A DNA stretch of 63,442 nt, counting the filler, from Octopus bimaculoides (taxonomy: Eukaryota), in the NCBI RefSeq assembly GCF_001194135.2. It is 8 parts of 5 records of this genome, joined end to end, with 100 filler letters (N's around TTAATTAATTAA, not from the genome) between each part and the next. Parts side by side here need not be neighbours in the genome. Positions count along the whole stretch, not along the records: positions 34,558 to 59,869 come from NC_068987.1; positions 59,970 to 61,752 come from NC_068997.1; positions 61,853 to 63,442 come from NC_068996.1; 5 more parts are not named here. The stretch is one strand, 5' to 3'. The position numbers and the translations under genes are program-made. Shown here one piece after another: positions 52,005 to 63,442 of this stretch. The notes under the pieces were generated by a model, which searched no databases, was not told the origin of the DNA, and was given only the letters and a program-made list of their open reading frames with translations. Position 1 is the stretch's first letter. Each line of letters starts with the position of its first letter.

Positions 52005-52932
52005 TATGCAAACATATTGAGAAACATAATAACATTTCTTGACAAAACTGTACCTCCTTATAGTTTGAGAAATTCTAGAAGCTATTTGACATATTTTATT
52101 TGATTTTTTTTCTCAGTTTTTTTTTTTATGGTTTATATTGTTGTTTGAGTGTTTCGGAAATGGCGACAAGTAAGGATAGTTAGTGGGAGACAACAATAAA
52201 CAACATAAACATCATTTTAAAACTAAATTAAACGGGCAATTTCCTAACTAAATTACACAAGAAATATCCCACATCTTGTTTGGTTTTGTTGAAATTTTCA
52301 TTATATCATTTTATTTCGTTTATTTCTATATTCATTTATATTTATTTGTTTACTTCGAATGCTCGTGTAAAGTGAGTTGAAAGTCTGTAAGGAAACAAAC
52401 TTGTAGCTACAAGCTATATTATAAAGAAAGCGTAGATACCCACTCACACTCGATCGCATTCACTTACGCACTAACTCACTCACTCGCTCACTCACTCGCT
52501 GATTCTTCCTTTTCTCAATCGCTCCAAGCGATGTTGGCAAGCAACAACAACATGCCCAGCAGTCATATAGCTAGCAGCAGCTCCTCCCATATAAACGCTT
52601 ATACAACCAACCGTTGAGGGTGATACATACTATATATAAATATATCAGGTGAAAGCTGGTGTTTAATTGGTCAGCATTCTTATTCTTCTTCAAAACAAAA
52701 AATTTAACAGTATGTATGTATATATATATGTATATGTGTAGAGGCTGGCGGTGGTCAACTCGATACGATAACAAAAGTGGTGGCAGTGTGTGTGTGGTGG
52801 GAGGTGTCTCTCCACCCTACCATATATTACTACTCAACCGACCTGCTAGAAATAACAACTAAACCTTTACTTCGAGTTACATGCCCTACCGTCTCTCCCC
52901 CTGTCTCTTTGTGTGCGTATGAGTGTGTGTGA

Positions 52933-53020
<88 letters not shown>

Positions 53021-53096
53021 AGAGCGAGAGAGAAAATGTATATATATATATATATATTCGTATCTATTAATCGTATGTATACGCATCTATCTATAC

Positions 53097-53142
<46 letters not shown>

Positions 53143-53933
53143 CTTTTTCGTTGTTATGCTTGAGGATAATGTTACAACGAATTAGTATTCAGTGCAACAC
53201 TGAGCCTTTTTGTACCGTAACAAACCAGTAGGAAGTTGATAGAACATCGAAAATACTAAGCGTCGAAACAGACGACGAACCATTCAGTGAAACCATAACT
53301 GAAAAATATGTATCGCTGTTCATAAACATTACCTAAGACAACTATATGAATATAAGACTTGACTAGATAAGTCTAAGATGCTGTTGTTGTTGTTTCTTAA
53401 CCTTGGTACGTCTTCTAGGTACCCAGGTACGTATTGTTAAAGTGTAACATGAGTACCCCATCCTATTCTCAACAATTCGCATATAAAACTCCGCTTCTTT
53501 TATGTAAACCTATAGGGTGTTCACGATTTCAGGAAAATTCACCTGTTGTTTCTAAGCGATCACGCTACCTATGAAGTTCCTTTTTTTACCCGTCGAAATC
53601 TCTAATCAAAGACTTTCTAGGCATGATTATATCACGTAAAGAAATAATTATTCATAAGATAGAGTTTGTTACAAAGATTGCTTAAAATATTATTGATGAT
53701 TGTGGTTTCTGTTGAGACTTGAGTTTACAGATTTCTTTGAGCAAAGATCTTCCAGTATAGAATGAATTGTATTGGCCAATATGTCCTTCGTTTATCTATG
53801 AGTGTAAGATGATTTGACTGCAAATCAGTCAGTCAATCAATCAATCAATCAATCAATCGATCGATCAGTCACTTAATTAATCATTCAATCAGTTTCTCTT
53901 TCTCTCTCTCTCTGAGTCTCTCTCCCCATCTCT

Positions 53934-53989
<56 letters not shown>

Positions 53990-54794
53990 GTATGCGTGTG
54001 TATGTGTGTGAATGTGTGTGTGTAAAATTATCCAAAATATATTCTTCTATATTTAAGACCGTATGGTATGCGGTGATAAGTGTGGGGTATTTAGTTATCA
54101 TCAATAGCCAGGAAGGCTTCCACAATAGGGTCTCATTTATTGGTTTCTAAGAAGACAGATATTCTTTCCTCCAGGTCATCCCTCCAATATACGTATGTTT
54201 AAGGAGTTTACTTAATTGTCACCAGTACACCTAGCAATCCATTATCTACTACATCTTAGCAAAGCTATGGCTGTTTAGTCTCACGTTAATCCTCATTCCA
54301 GCTGTGATCATCCCATCCTTTAAATATATTTATAGAACCTATGAACAAAGTATTCCATGTCTCCAGTTGTTTCAGAAGATAGTAGTGTGTTATTAGAGGG
54401 AGATTTGTATTCTATCTCTAGAAAATCAACAACGTAAAGATTTCCTGCATCTTTCGTAAAATAGTATATATATATATACAGTGGTATAAGGGAGATTTCA
54501 TTACTATCTCCAGCAGATGAAAATTCAATGTAGTGGATTCTCCGCTTAATGGTATTTCACAAATCTCTTTTTATATTCTAATCTGTTCTCGTTTCGTTTA
54601 TCCCTCTCCACACTTACAACCTCTCTGATCTCCCCTAAAACGACCAAATACAATGCAAAATAAAGGTGAGAAATGTTGAGATACTGATGTCTTCATATAT
54701 AGGTTTATACTATCTTTTAACGTAGAAATACCCTTCTCAAAAGACTGAGTTCCTCTCAAATACTTTGTGACATTTCTTTCGATTTGTTATGCTA

Positions 54795-55140
54795 TGATTT
54801 CAAATCTTTTTGCAGTAGATAAAATAATACTTGGGTTGATGTAGTCGACTTACGCCCCTCTCTTGAAAATTGCTGTCCTTGTGCCTAAACTTTAAAAGAA
54901 TTGTAATAATGAGATCTATTATTGTTACGTGAATAAAATGCAAATATTTCGGCAGCATTTTTCCCGCTCTTTACATTTTGAGTCCAAATCCCGCCGCGGT
55001 CAATTTTGTTTTCATCTCTTTGGCATCGACGTGAATGGAGAGCAAATAAAGTAAGGTACCAGTTAATAGTGGAATCAATGTAATCGACTAGACGACACCT
55101 ACTTGCAAAATTGCTGGCTCTGTGCTGAAATTTGAAATGC
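54795..55140 (+). mobile_element. Two adjacent diverged SINE family C fragments
   Basis: GATGTAGTCGACTTAC...AAAATTGCTGTCCTTGTGCC and AATGTAATCGACT...AAAATTGCTGGCTCTGTGCTGAAATTTGAAA. Confidence 0.6.
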
Positions 55141-55266
55141 TAATTATCATTCTAACACCACTACCACCACCGCCAACACATCATTATTATCATCATGCAG
55201 TGTAGAAATTAATTAACTTCTGTAACTTCATAACGACGGCAAGTTCAGTCAGCTGTGGTCTTCCTT

Positions 55267-55813
55267 CTAGCCGGACACGAAATATTTTCCCCACGAGAGT
55301 TCTGGACACCAGTTATGAACTTATTTGCATACAGCCAATCAGAGCTCAACTATCAAACTAATTTATGAGCGCATAACATGTGATGGGCGATAAGGTCACT
55401 TGGGTGAGGAATGACCAAGCTTCTTTTCTCTTTTAATAATACTTCTTCATCTTGTTCTTGTTTCAACTATGGCTGCCTCTGCGTAGTTATTTGTGTTGTT
55501 GTTTACTTTGTAAAGCAGTAAGTGGGAGAGTTGTAAGCATATTACCCTCTACCTACATTTTTCCCATCCACATCTTTACCATATGGAGCCCTAACAAAAT
55601 CTGACAATAGGTATAGATGCAAATCTATCTAATTACTTGTCTCCTAAAATCAGGCATAACTTGGCGATCGGTCGACTTACAACACCGTTCTTCGTCTTGA
55701 GTTTACTTGGTAGAATGTGTTTGTTAACAAGGTCAAGGTGAGCTCTGATTGGCTGTATGCAAATGAGGTCATTACTGAGGTCCGGAACTCTCGTGGGAAA
55801 ACAATTTCGCTAG
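55267..55813. mobile_element. MITE-like element with about 70-bp terminal inverted repeats
   Basis: 55278-55348 and 55739-55809 are reverse complements (CCCACGAGAGTTC..GAC...ATTTGCATACAGCCAATCAGAGCTCA); CTAG at or near both outer ends. Confidence 0.8.
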
Positions 55814-56337
55814 CTCGAATCCACAAAATCAAGTGCCAACCAAAGAACTAGTGTTGCAATAACTCACTCATATACTTCAAGAAAATTTGCTGGTTTGTGT
55901 CTAAGTTTAGAAACCAATGTAAATTACCATTATTCTTGAATACTTTCCATAAGAAATATATTGTAAATTGATGCAATGGCTGAGCTAATAGAGAGATCTA
56001 TCATTACAATCACTAATCAAATATAATATGTATCCATATTGCACAAAGTTTATTACCGACATAGACACGTACATACACGTCTAAGCATACGTGTGTGTGT
56101 GTGTGTGTGTGCATGTGTGAGAGTGTGTTATTTATTGTATATGCATTAATGTGTAATATTAATTACAACCATGCATACACATTATACACGAACACACACA
56201 TGCACACAAGTGCACACACATACACGCATACACATATCCGGAGGGCTGAATCCTAACACAATGAGGACATGCTCTCTTATATCTTTATCTATATCTATTT
56301 ATCTATCTATCTATCTATCTTTCTATCTCTCTCTCTC

Positions 56338-56395
<58 letters not shown>

Positions 56396-56533
56396 CCTGC
56401 ACAGACATTTGCACACACACACAAACATACACACACATACATATATGGCTATTTGTATGCAATAGTGCATTGGTACTTTCATGTATACAAACTTATACTC
56501 ATACACAGACATATTACACATACACACATGCGC

Positions 56534-56616
<83 letters not shown>

Positions 56617-56816
56617 TAAGTTGGGTTCAATGGCGGAGTAGAGATACAAATAGTGATCTATATAAATTGTGACACGCAATTTGCCCCAGAGCTAAATATG
56701 CAGACATAAGATTTTATAAATCACAAAGGTTATTGTTAGTAGTCCAATGTATCCTCTCTATCATCTGAAATATAACTTGCCATCATTCAGGTTTGAAATT
56801 AAATTTACTATGTACA

Positions 56817-56861
<45 letters not shown>

Positions 56862-57024
56862 GCGCACACACACATACATGCACACATACACACAGATGCT
56901 CACAGGCACGTTCATAACATATACAAATGCACATACTTATACACGCGCACATACACACACGGGCGCCAACATACACACATTAATAGCCATATCTCTCTAA
57001 ATATATATATGCATGTTTCTATGT

Positions 57025-57094
57025 AGGAGAATATACAAATAATAACAACAGACGAGGACAGGTGGTGTAAATAACAAAAGTATATATTAGTATG
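57025..57094 (-). mobile_element. Family F fragment (segment 3-prime of the hammerhead)
   Basis: GACAGGTGGTGTAAATAACAAAAGTATATATTAGTATG identical to 34558-34594; extension matches 33365-33402. Confidence 0.7.
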
Positions 57095-57166
57095 TATGTA
57101 TGTATGTATGTATGTATGTATGTATGTATGTGTGTATGTATGTTTTTGTCTATCTCTCTCTCGCTT

Positions 57167-57201
<35 letters not shown>

Positions 57202-57490
57202 GTCTACCTGNNNNNNNNNNNNNNNNNNNNNNNNNNNNNNNNNNNNNNNNNNNNNNNNNNNNNNNNNNNNNNNNNNNNNNNNNNNNNNNNNNNNNNNNNN
57301 NNNNNNNNNNNNNNNNNNNNNNNNNNNNNNNNNNNNNNNNNNNNNNNNNNNNNNNNNNNNNNNNNNNNNNNNNNNNNNNNNNNNNNNNNNNNNNNNNNNN
57401 NNNNNNNNNNNNNNNNNNNNNNNNNNNNNNNTATATATATATATATATATATATATAAACTCATACAGACATAGGGTAAAAATTAATAAT

Positions 57491-57551
<61 letters not shown>

Positions 57552-59113
57552 ATGTATATATATATATACATATGGGTGTGTGCGTGTGTGTACGTGTGTA
57601 TGTATGTATATGTACACAATATGCAGATATGTATTTGCATGTACATATGTGTGTATGTGTGCATGTGTGCGCGCGTGTGTGTGTTCATACACATATAGAG
57701 ACAGACAGACAAATAGATAGAGAGATATGTTGAGTGCAGGGAAAAATCTACCTATGTTGCTTCTTGATGACTGCATTCGTACGGCTTCGTGTTTCTGCGT
57801 GTACGTAAGCATGCTTATGTGTTTAATAAAGCATTTCTTAATTGTTCGTGTGTATGCGTTAGTGTATGTGTGTGTTGGGAATAGTGTATGTGTGTTTGTG
57901 TGATTTCTCTGATTATTTCATCTCAAACCCGCCGCCCCTCCACACACACACCACACACACACACATAGACTCACAGACAGACGGCTATGTATACACCACC
58001 CGTATAAAGTATACTCCTGGTCCATTATATGCCAAATATCTACTTTGCCTTACTACTGCTCGTACGAATTAGCCAGCAAGGGGGCCATACGATCAATTAA
58101 ACATGTTCCCTGGACAATTAGAATTTAAATAAATAAATAAATAAATAAATAAGTGAATAAATAAATAAAACAAAAGTGAGGACGGGGGTAGAAAGCAAAG
58201 GATATAAAGCGAGAGTGTGTCTGAAGTGTTGGCGAGACCATAGCGGGAGACCTAACAGCCATCCATTCTTATGCTACTAGGACGCCATCATCATCAGTCC
58301 CAGCTCGTTTGCACTTTGCCCGGAGGAGGATTCATAAGGCCATATCCAGCCAAAGAAACCCATAAACTGGGAACCATAGAGTTTGCTGTTTCTTATTCCA
58401 ATATTCGTTCTAAAATTTTGTTGTTCTCTTCGTTGTACCAGACACAATATATTGGAGATTGGGTTCGTGTAGGAGGCGCCTGGTTGGTTGTCGTCTGATG
58501 ACGTTGGTGCCTCTCTTTAATCAACAGAACTATGCCGGCAATCTATGGATATCTGGAGGATGAACTGGTCAGCTAATCAAATTTTTCGTGTTCTCGTTAT
58601 TATGTCCTAACGTATATAATGTGTAACCGTTTATAACATTGCAGTTGGGTTCTAAACACATATCACATCAATACATATGTGTATACACACAAAGATATTA
58701 TACATTCAATATATATATATATATATATANNNNNNNNNNNNNNNNNNNNNNNNNNNNNNNNNNNNNNNNNNNNNNNNNNNNNNNNNNNNNNNNNNNNNNN
58801 NNNNNNNNNNNNNNNNNNNNNNNNNNNNNNNNNNNNNNNNNNNNNNNNNNNNNNNNNNNNNNNNNNNNNNNNNNNNNNNNNNNNNNNNNNNNNNNNNNNN
58901 NNNNNNNNNNNNNNNNNNNNNNNNNNNNNNNNNNNNNNNNNNNNNNNNNNNNNNNNNNNNNNNNNNNNNNNNNNNNNNNNNNNNNNNNNNNNNNNNNNNN
59001 NNNNNNNNNNNNNNNNNNNNNNNNNNNNNNNNNNNNNNNNNNNNNNNNNNNNNNNNNNNNNNNNNNNNNNNNNNNNNNNNNNNNNNNNNNNNNNNNNNNN
59101 NNNNNNNNNNNNN

Positions 59114-59173
<60 letters not shown>

Positions 59174-59363
59174 TGCGTGTGACTGTTTGTGTGTATAAAC
59201 GTAAAAATATCTACTTGTGTGTTTGTATGTCTGTATATATATATGTACGTATAACAATAGGGTGGTAATTAATCATTGTTATAATTCTTGATAATCTCAA
59301 AAATATCCTTTTGATCATTATTATAATAATCATCCTTATGACCCACCACAGCCTCTCATCCCT

Positions 59364-59414
<51 letters not shown>

Positions 59415-59969
59415 AGCAGCATCATCATCATCATCATCACATTGACTCCAATAATGTTACTCTAAGGATTGGTTACTATTAATCTCTCAATATAATTCAG
59501 AAATAATGAACTATATTATATTTGTTACAAATATCATATCTGTTATGAGTTTGAAGGGGTTTTACCCAATTTGTTTATATATATTCCCTTCTCTTGTTAT
59601 CTTTGTTCGAGAGACCTATGGATAATATATATATATATCATGATGTACAACCATACATGCATACTCACATCTCAGTAAGTACACACTCACACTTACACAC
59701 ACACACATATGTACATATGTATATATAATATATCTTCTGCCTGTCTTGATGGTTGAACAGGTACATTAAAATTGAATGAACTTTATTTTGTTTCTGAAAT
59801 TGTGATTGTTGATTGCTATATATTTAAATATTAATCTTGGAGATTATATATATATATATATATATATATNNNNNNNNNNNNNNNNNNNNNNNNNNNNNNN
59901 NNNNNNNNNNNNNTTAATTAATTAANNNNNNNNNNNNNNNNNNNNNNNNNNNNNNNNNNNNNNNNNNNN

Positions 59970-60268
59970 GCAGGTGCCCCTGGGCTGGCTCTTGTGCGGG
60001 TGACACATGAGGTTTCTCGAGCGAGATGAGCGTGGCCGTTGCCAGTACCGCCTGACTGGCCTTCGTGCGGGTGACACGTAAAAGCACCCACTACACTCTC
60101 TGAGTGGTTGGCGTTAGGAAGGGCATCCAGCTGTAGAAACTCTGCCAAATTGGATTGGAGCCTGGTGTTGCCATCCGGTTTCACCAGTCCTCAGTCAAAT
60201 CGTCCAACCTATGCTAGCATGGAAAGCGGACGTTAAACGACGACGATGATGATGATGATGATGATGAT
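59970..60268 (+). mobile_element. Young SINE family D
   Basis: Near-identical to the other D copies; (GAC/GAT)n tail. Confidence 0.85.
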
Positions 60269-60408
60269 CTATTAAATCCACTCACAAGACTTCAGTTGGC
60301 CCAGGGCTATAGTAGAAAACGTTTGCCCAAGGATCCACAGTGGAACTGAACTTGAAACCATGTGGTTAGGAAGTAAATTTTTTATCATGCAGTCAAGCCT
60401 GTGCCTAT
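60269..60408 (-). mobile_element. SINE family A, 5-prime part abutting the D tail
   Basis: AAATCCACTCACAAG...GCTATAGTAGAA...TGCCCAAGG...GAACTGAAC...ACCATGTGGTT. Confidence 0.7.
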
Positions 60409-60729
60409 ATGTTTTGCATTAATGCATATAATATTAATTTTAAAGGAGATTTTGTTGAGGTAGAACTGGCTTCTACATAAGTATATGTATTTACCTGTAT
60501 AGGTATAAGTATGTAGGTAGAAGTATATAGAAATACATCAACATACACACACAGAAGGTCAATTGTTTAACTAGGTTGGTTTGTGAAATAATAATTATTT
60601 AGCACATGACTGATATTACAATCAGATATACTACCATAACAGTCATATGTCCAAACACAAGTTTGAGATTTAATAAAATACTGTTTTTGTAGGACTAAAT
60701 AGCTTAGACATAAAATATAACAGACTCAC

Positions 60730-61197
60730 CAATATAACCAAATTTGCGTTTTTCCTTGGTACTCTTGCCAACATCACAAATGGCTCGAATATTTTTTTCC
60801 TTAAAACCAACCTCATTGTTGAGAATAGTCACTGAACTATCATTTATACAGAATTTCACTGATGGACAGGCTGACGAATCCTTAGAATCAAAGTTATCTG
60901 GGTAGGTGTTGTCATCAGCATTTTGGATCAACTCCAACACAAAATGAGAATCTTTACTATACAAATCTTTAGATAATCGATCCAAACTACGTCCCAGTCG
61001 TTCTTGTTGCCGATCAATCAATTTCTGACCATCAGCATTAAGTTTAATGCCAAGACCAAATTCTTCTCGACGTATTGTTTCAATCAAAGTCTTCTCTGAG
61101 CAGATGTCTTCCTTTTCTTCCTCAGGTAAAGTCTCATCATGCTTATTAGCATCCTTTGTATCAGCATCTTCATTTTCTTCATCAATTATAATAACAT
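60730..61197 (-). CDS. Internal exon (468 nt, phase 1-1) of a NO VEIN-like / sacsin-type GHKL ATPase gene
   Basis: Acceptor TTTTCTTTTTACAG, donor G|GTGAGT; translation ...IETIRREEFGLG...RLGRSLDRLSKDLYSKDSHFVLELIQNADDNTYP...NNEVGFKEKNIRAICDVGKSTK...GYIG contains the ExxxNAxD, NNExGF and DVGxSTK motifs typical of NO VEIN/sacsin ATPase domains. Confidence 0.88.
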
Positions 61198-61453
61198 CTG
61201 TAAAAAGAAAATATTTTTTTCAAAACATTAATTTGATGCATAAAATATTGAACTATCAAGAATAAGGGTAAAGATTTGATATATAATCTTAAAACTGAAA
61301 AGGGATAATGTGAAGATAAGAATGGCTTTGTAAACTGGAGAGATCGAGATAGACTGCTTTCACTGTCTTTAGCTAAGTCAAGAGTTTACATATTTCAGTG
61401 TGGGTGGACGTTACATTCTTTTGAGAACATGGCAAAAGACAAGAAGGTAGCAT

Positions 61454-61752
61454 ATCATCATCATCATCATCGTTGTCGTTTAACGTCCGCTTTCCATGCT
61501 AACATGGGTTGGACGATTTGACTGAGGACTGGTGAAACCGGATGGCAACACCAGGCTCCAATCTAAATTTGGCAGAGTTTCTACAGCTGGATGCCCTTCC
61601 TAATGCCAACCACTCAGAGAGTGTAGTGGGTGCTTTTATGTGTCACCCGCACGAAGGCCAGTCAGGTGGTACTGGCAACGGCCACGCTCAAAATGGTGCA
61701 TCTTATGTGCCACCCACACAAGAGCCAGTCCAGGGGCACTGGCAACGATCTC
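61454..61752 (-). mobile_element. Young SINE family D, inverted relative to 59970-60268
   Basis: 61454-61690 is the reverse complement of 60027-60268 with only about 7 differences counted by eye. Confidence 0.85.
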
Positions 61753-62099
61753 NNNNNNNNNNNNNNNNNNNNNNNNNNNNNNNNNNNNNNNNNNNNTTAA
61801 TTAATTAANNNNNNNNNNNNNNNNNNNNNNNNNNNNNNNNNNNNNNNNNNNNATATACACATATGTACATGCACACGCATACCTGAAGAAAGATATAGAT
61901 AATAGATAGATCGAGAAAGAAAGAAAGAAAGAGAGGAAGAGAGATAGATTGAGTGAGTGTATGTGTGAGAGGGGGAGAGAGAAAGAGCGAGTGAGCGATA
62001 AGAGTAGGATTTTCCTTACATTTATTTTTTCATTTGTATTTTTGTTTTTAATTTCATATCACACTGTGAAAGATATTTTCGTTTTTCATCTTTTTCTAC

Positions 62100-62740
62100 A
62101 TCGTTTGCTTCGGTTTAAATGTTTCTATAAGCCATATTCTGAGGAGGTACCTATCTTAATATGGCAGTGTGTTATAGATTCGTTTACTTATCTGTGTGTT
62201 AAAGGCATTCCTTCTGTTTCTCTGAAGACGCTCTTTGACTTTATTCTCGGTAGAGAGAATTCTTTCGTTGGGACATACAAAGATCTATCGATATTAATTC
62301 TTTAACTCTTACCACCTTTAGATTAATGTCATATTTAAAATGTCCCACCTTGCAACACTCTGCTCTTAGATGTTTATCAAACTCACTTCTCTTCATATTA
62401 TATTTTTCATTAGTACATTTCTGTTTTCTGTTTTTGTTACACAATATACATACAAGCAGAGGTTTTGTTACACTTTCTTCCCTTGTTTATTCGTTTTGTT
62501 TCGTTAGGAATATCACAGTGAATTTTCTTCAAAATGCTACTATTTTTGTAGTTTGTATTTTCTTGTTTCTTCTGTTTAGGTGTTTCATTTTTATATCTGA
62601 TATATTCTTTGCTTTTAAAGAAAGCATCTTCTCAAAATATTTAGTATTCTGTGATTCAACGTTCCATCTATATTGCTATTTTTCTCTCTTGATGTTACGT
62701 GTGTATGTTGTGAAAGTCACGATTTTGAGTAAAGTGTAGC
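62100..62740 (-). mobile_element. Possible relic of a PLE C-terminus / GIY-YIG endonuclease
   Basis: Minus-strand fragments STENKVKERL (62222-62254) and RIWLIETFKPK (62108-62140) loosely resemble GIY-YIG motifs; heavily decayed. Confidence 0.25.
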
Positions 62741-63387
62741 TTTTAAAAATACATGTAGTATGCAAATGTATTTCTCTCGGGACTGTTAATGGCTTTTCCG
62801 TTTTATTTTCGATTCTTGGGGGAATAAAAATGGCTCTTTGTTTAAAATGTCATCATTTTTATCAGGTACAGGTTTTTATTTGTTGCTGGCGATGCAGTAT
62901 TTTGCACGCCCCATATTAGCTCTTTCCATGCATAAAATTTAAATTACACTTTCTCACTTTAACCTTGGGGCAAATGATTAAACTTTTTCTTGTATAAGAT
63001 GATATTGTGTGTATTCACTGTACCATTCAAAGTAGCTCTATATGCCTTGGGAGTATGCAGTATTTTTTGTTTTGTTTTGGGTTTTTTTTTTGCATTAGAA
63101 TTAAACACAGTAATATGCAGTTTTGTTTTTCTGAATGTTTTGGGGTGTTTGTTTGTTTTCTAATGTATTTCCCTGTATGTTTTGCTTAATACTTGCCTTA
63201 AGCCGCCTCTTTGATTGAATTGTCAGCTTCTAGAGTATGGTCACTTTGACATCCTTTAACAACCTCTCACTTGTATATTGTTACACCATCACACTTCGGT
63301 CGCTTTTTATAATATGATTCTGTCACTGTATGAACGCTTTAGTTCTCTCTAGCCTCTCTTTCTTTATCTAACAATCTGCCTCCCTCC

Positions 63388-63442
<55 letters not shown>

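Noticed and set aside
53690-53790. Minus-strand short open frames after CTCATAG
   Set aside because: Two frames equally plausible, weak splice signals, no homology.
58271-58560. GC-richer segment with a 75-aa ORF
   Set aside because: No consistent frame or motif; may be an unrecognised repeat relic.
1-63442. Most of the six-frame ORF track (YI, CV, HT, poly-X ORFs)
   Set aside because: Translations of (TA)n, (CA)n, triplet repeats, SINEs or N gaps; not protein-coding evidence.
1-63442. CRISPR arrays, tRNA or rRNA genes, operons
   Set aside because: None seen; the tRNA-like heads belong to SINEs and do not complete a cloverleaf.

Overview
AT-rich, microsatellite-saturated eukaryotic (animal) genomic scaffold. 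The (TA)n/(CA)n density and the SINE families resemble an octopod cephalopod such as Octopus; this is inference, not tested. It is a draft assembly with many N gaps. Seven gaps are artificial 100-nt joins (44N-TTAATTAATTAA-44N), so adjacency across them is unproven. Nearly all entries in the ORF track are microsatellite or N artefacts. Supported protein-coding sequence is sparse: one convincing internal exon of a NO VEIN/sacsin-type GHKL ATPase gene (60730-61197, minus), one Pro-rich probable first coding exon (24136-24525, plus), and a few weak terminal-exon candidates. The rest is mobile DNA: at least four SINE families, R4/Dong-like and RTE (BovB-like) LINE fragments, a probable solo LTR, MITEs, and two different Penelope-like elements (PLEs). 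The most interesting signals are: (i) hammerhead-ribozyme-like motifs tied to the PLEs, including a short repeat family whose two readable copies share a non-canonical CUGUUGA core; (ii) a Hydra-clade-like PLE with an Asn-rich insertion and no visible endonuclease; (iii) the frame-symmetric NO VEIN-like exon bracketed by two young inverted SINEs, a circRNA/A-to-I editing configuration.
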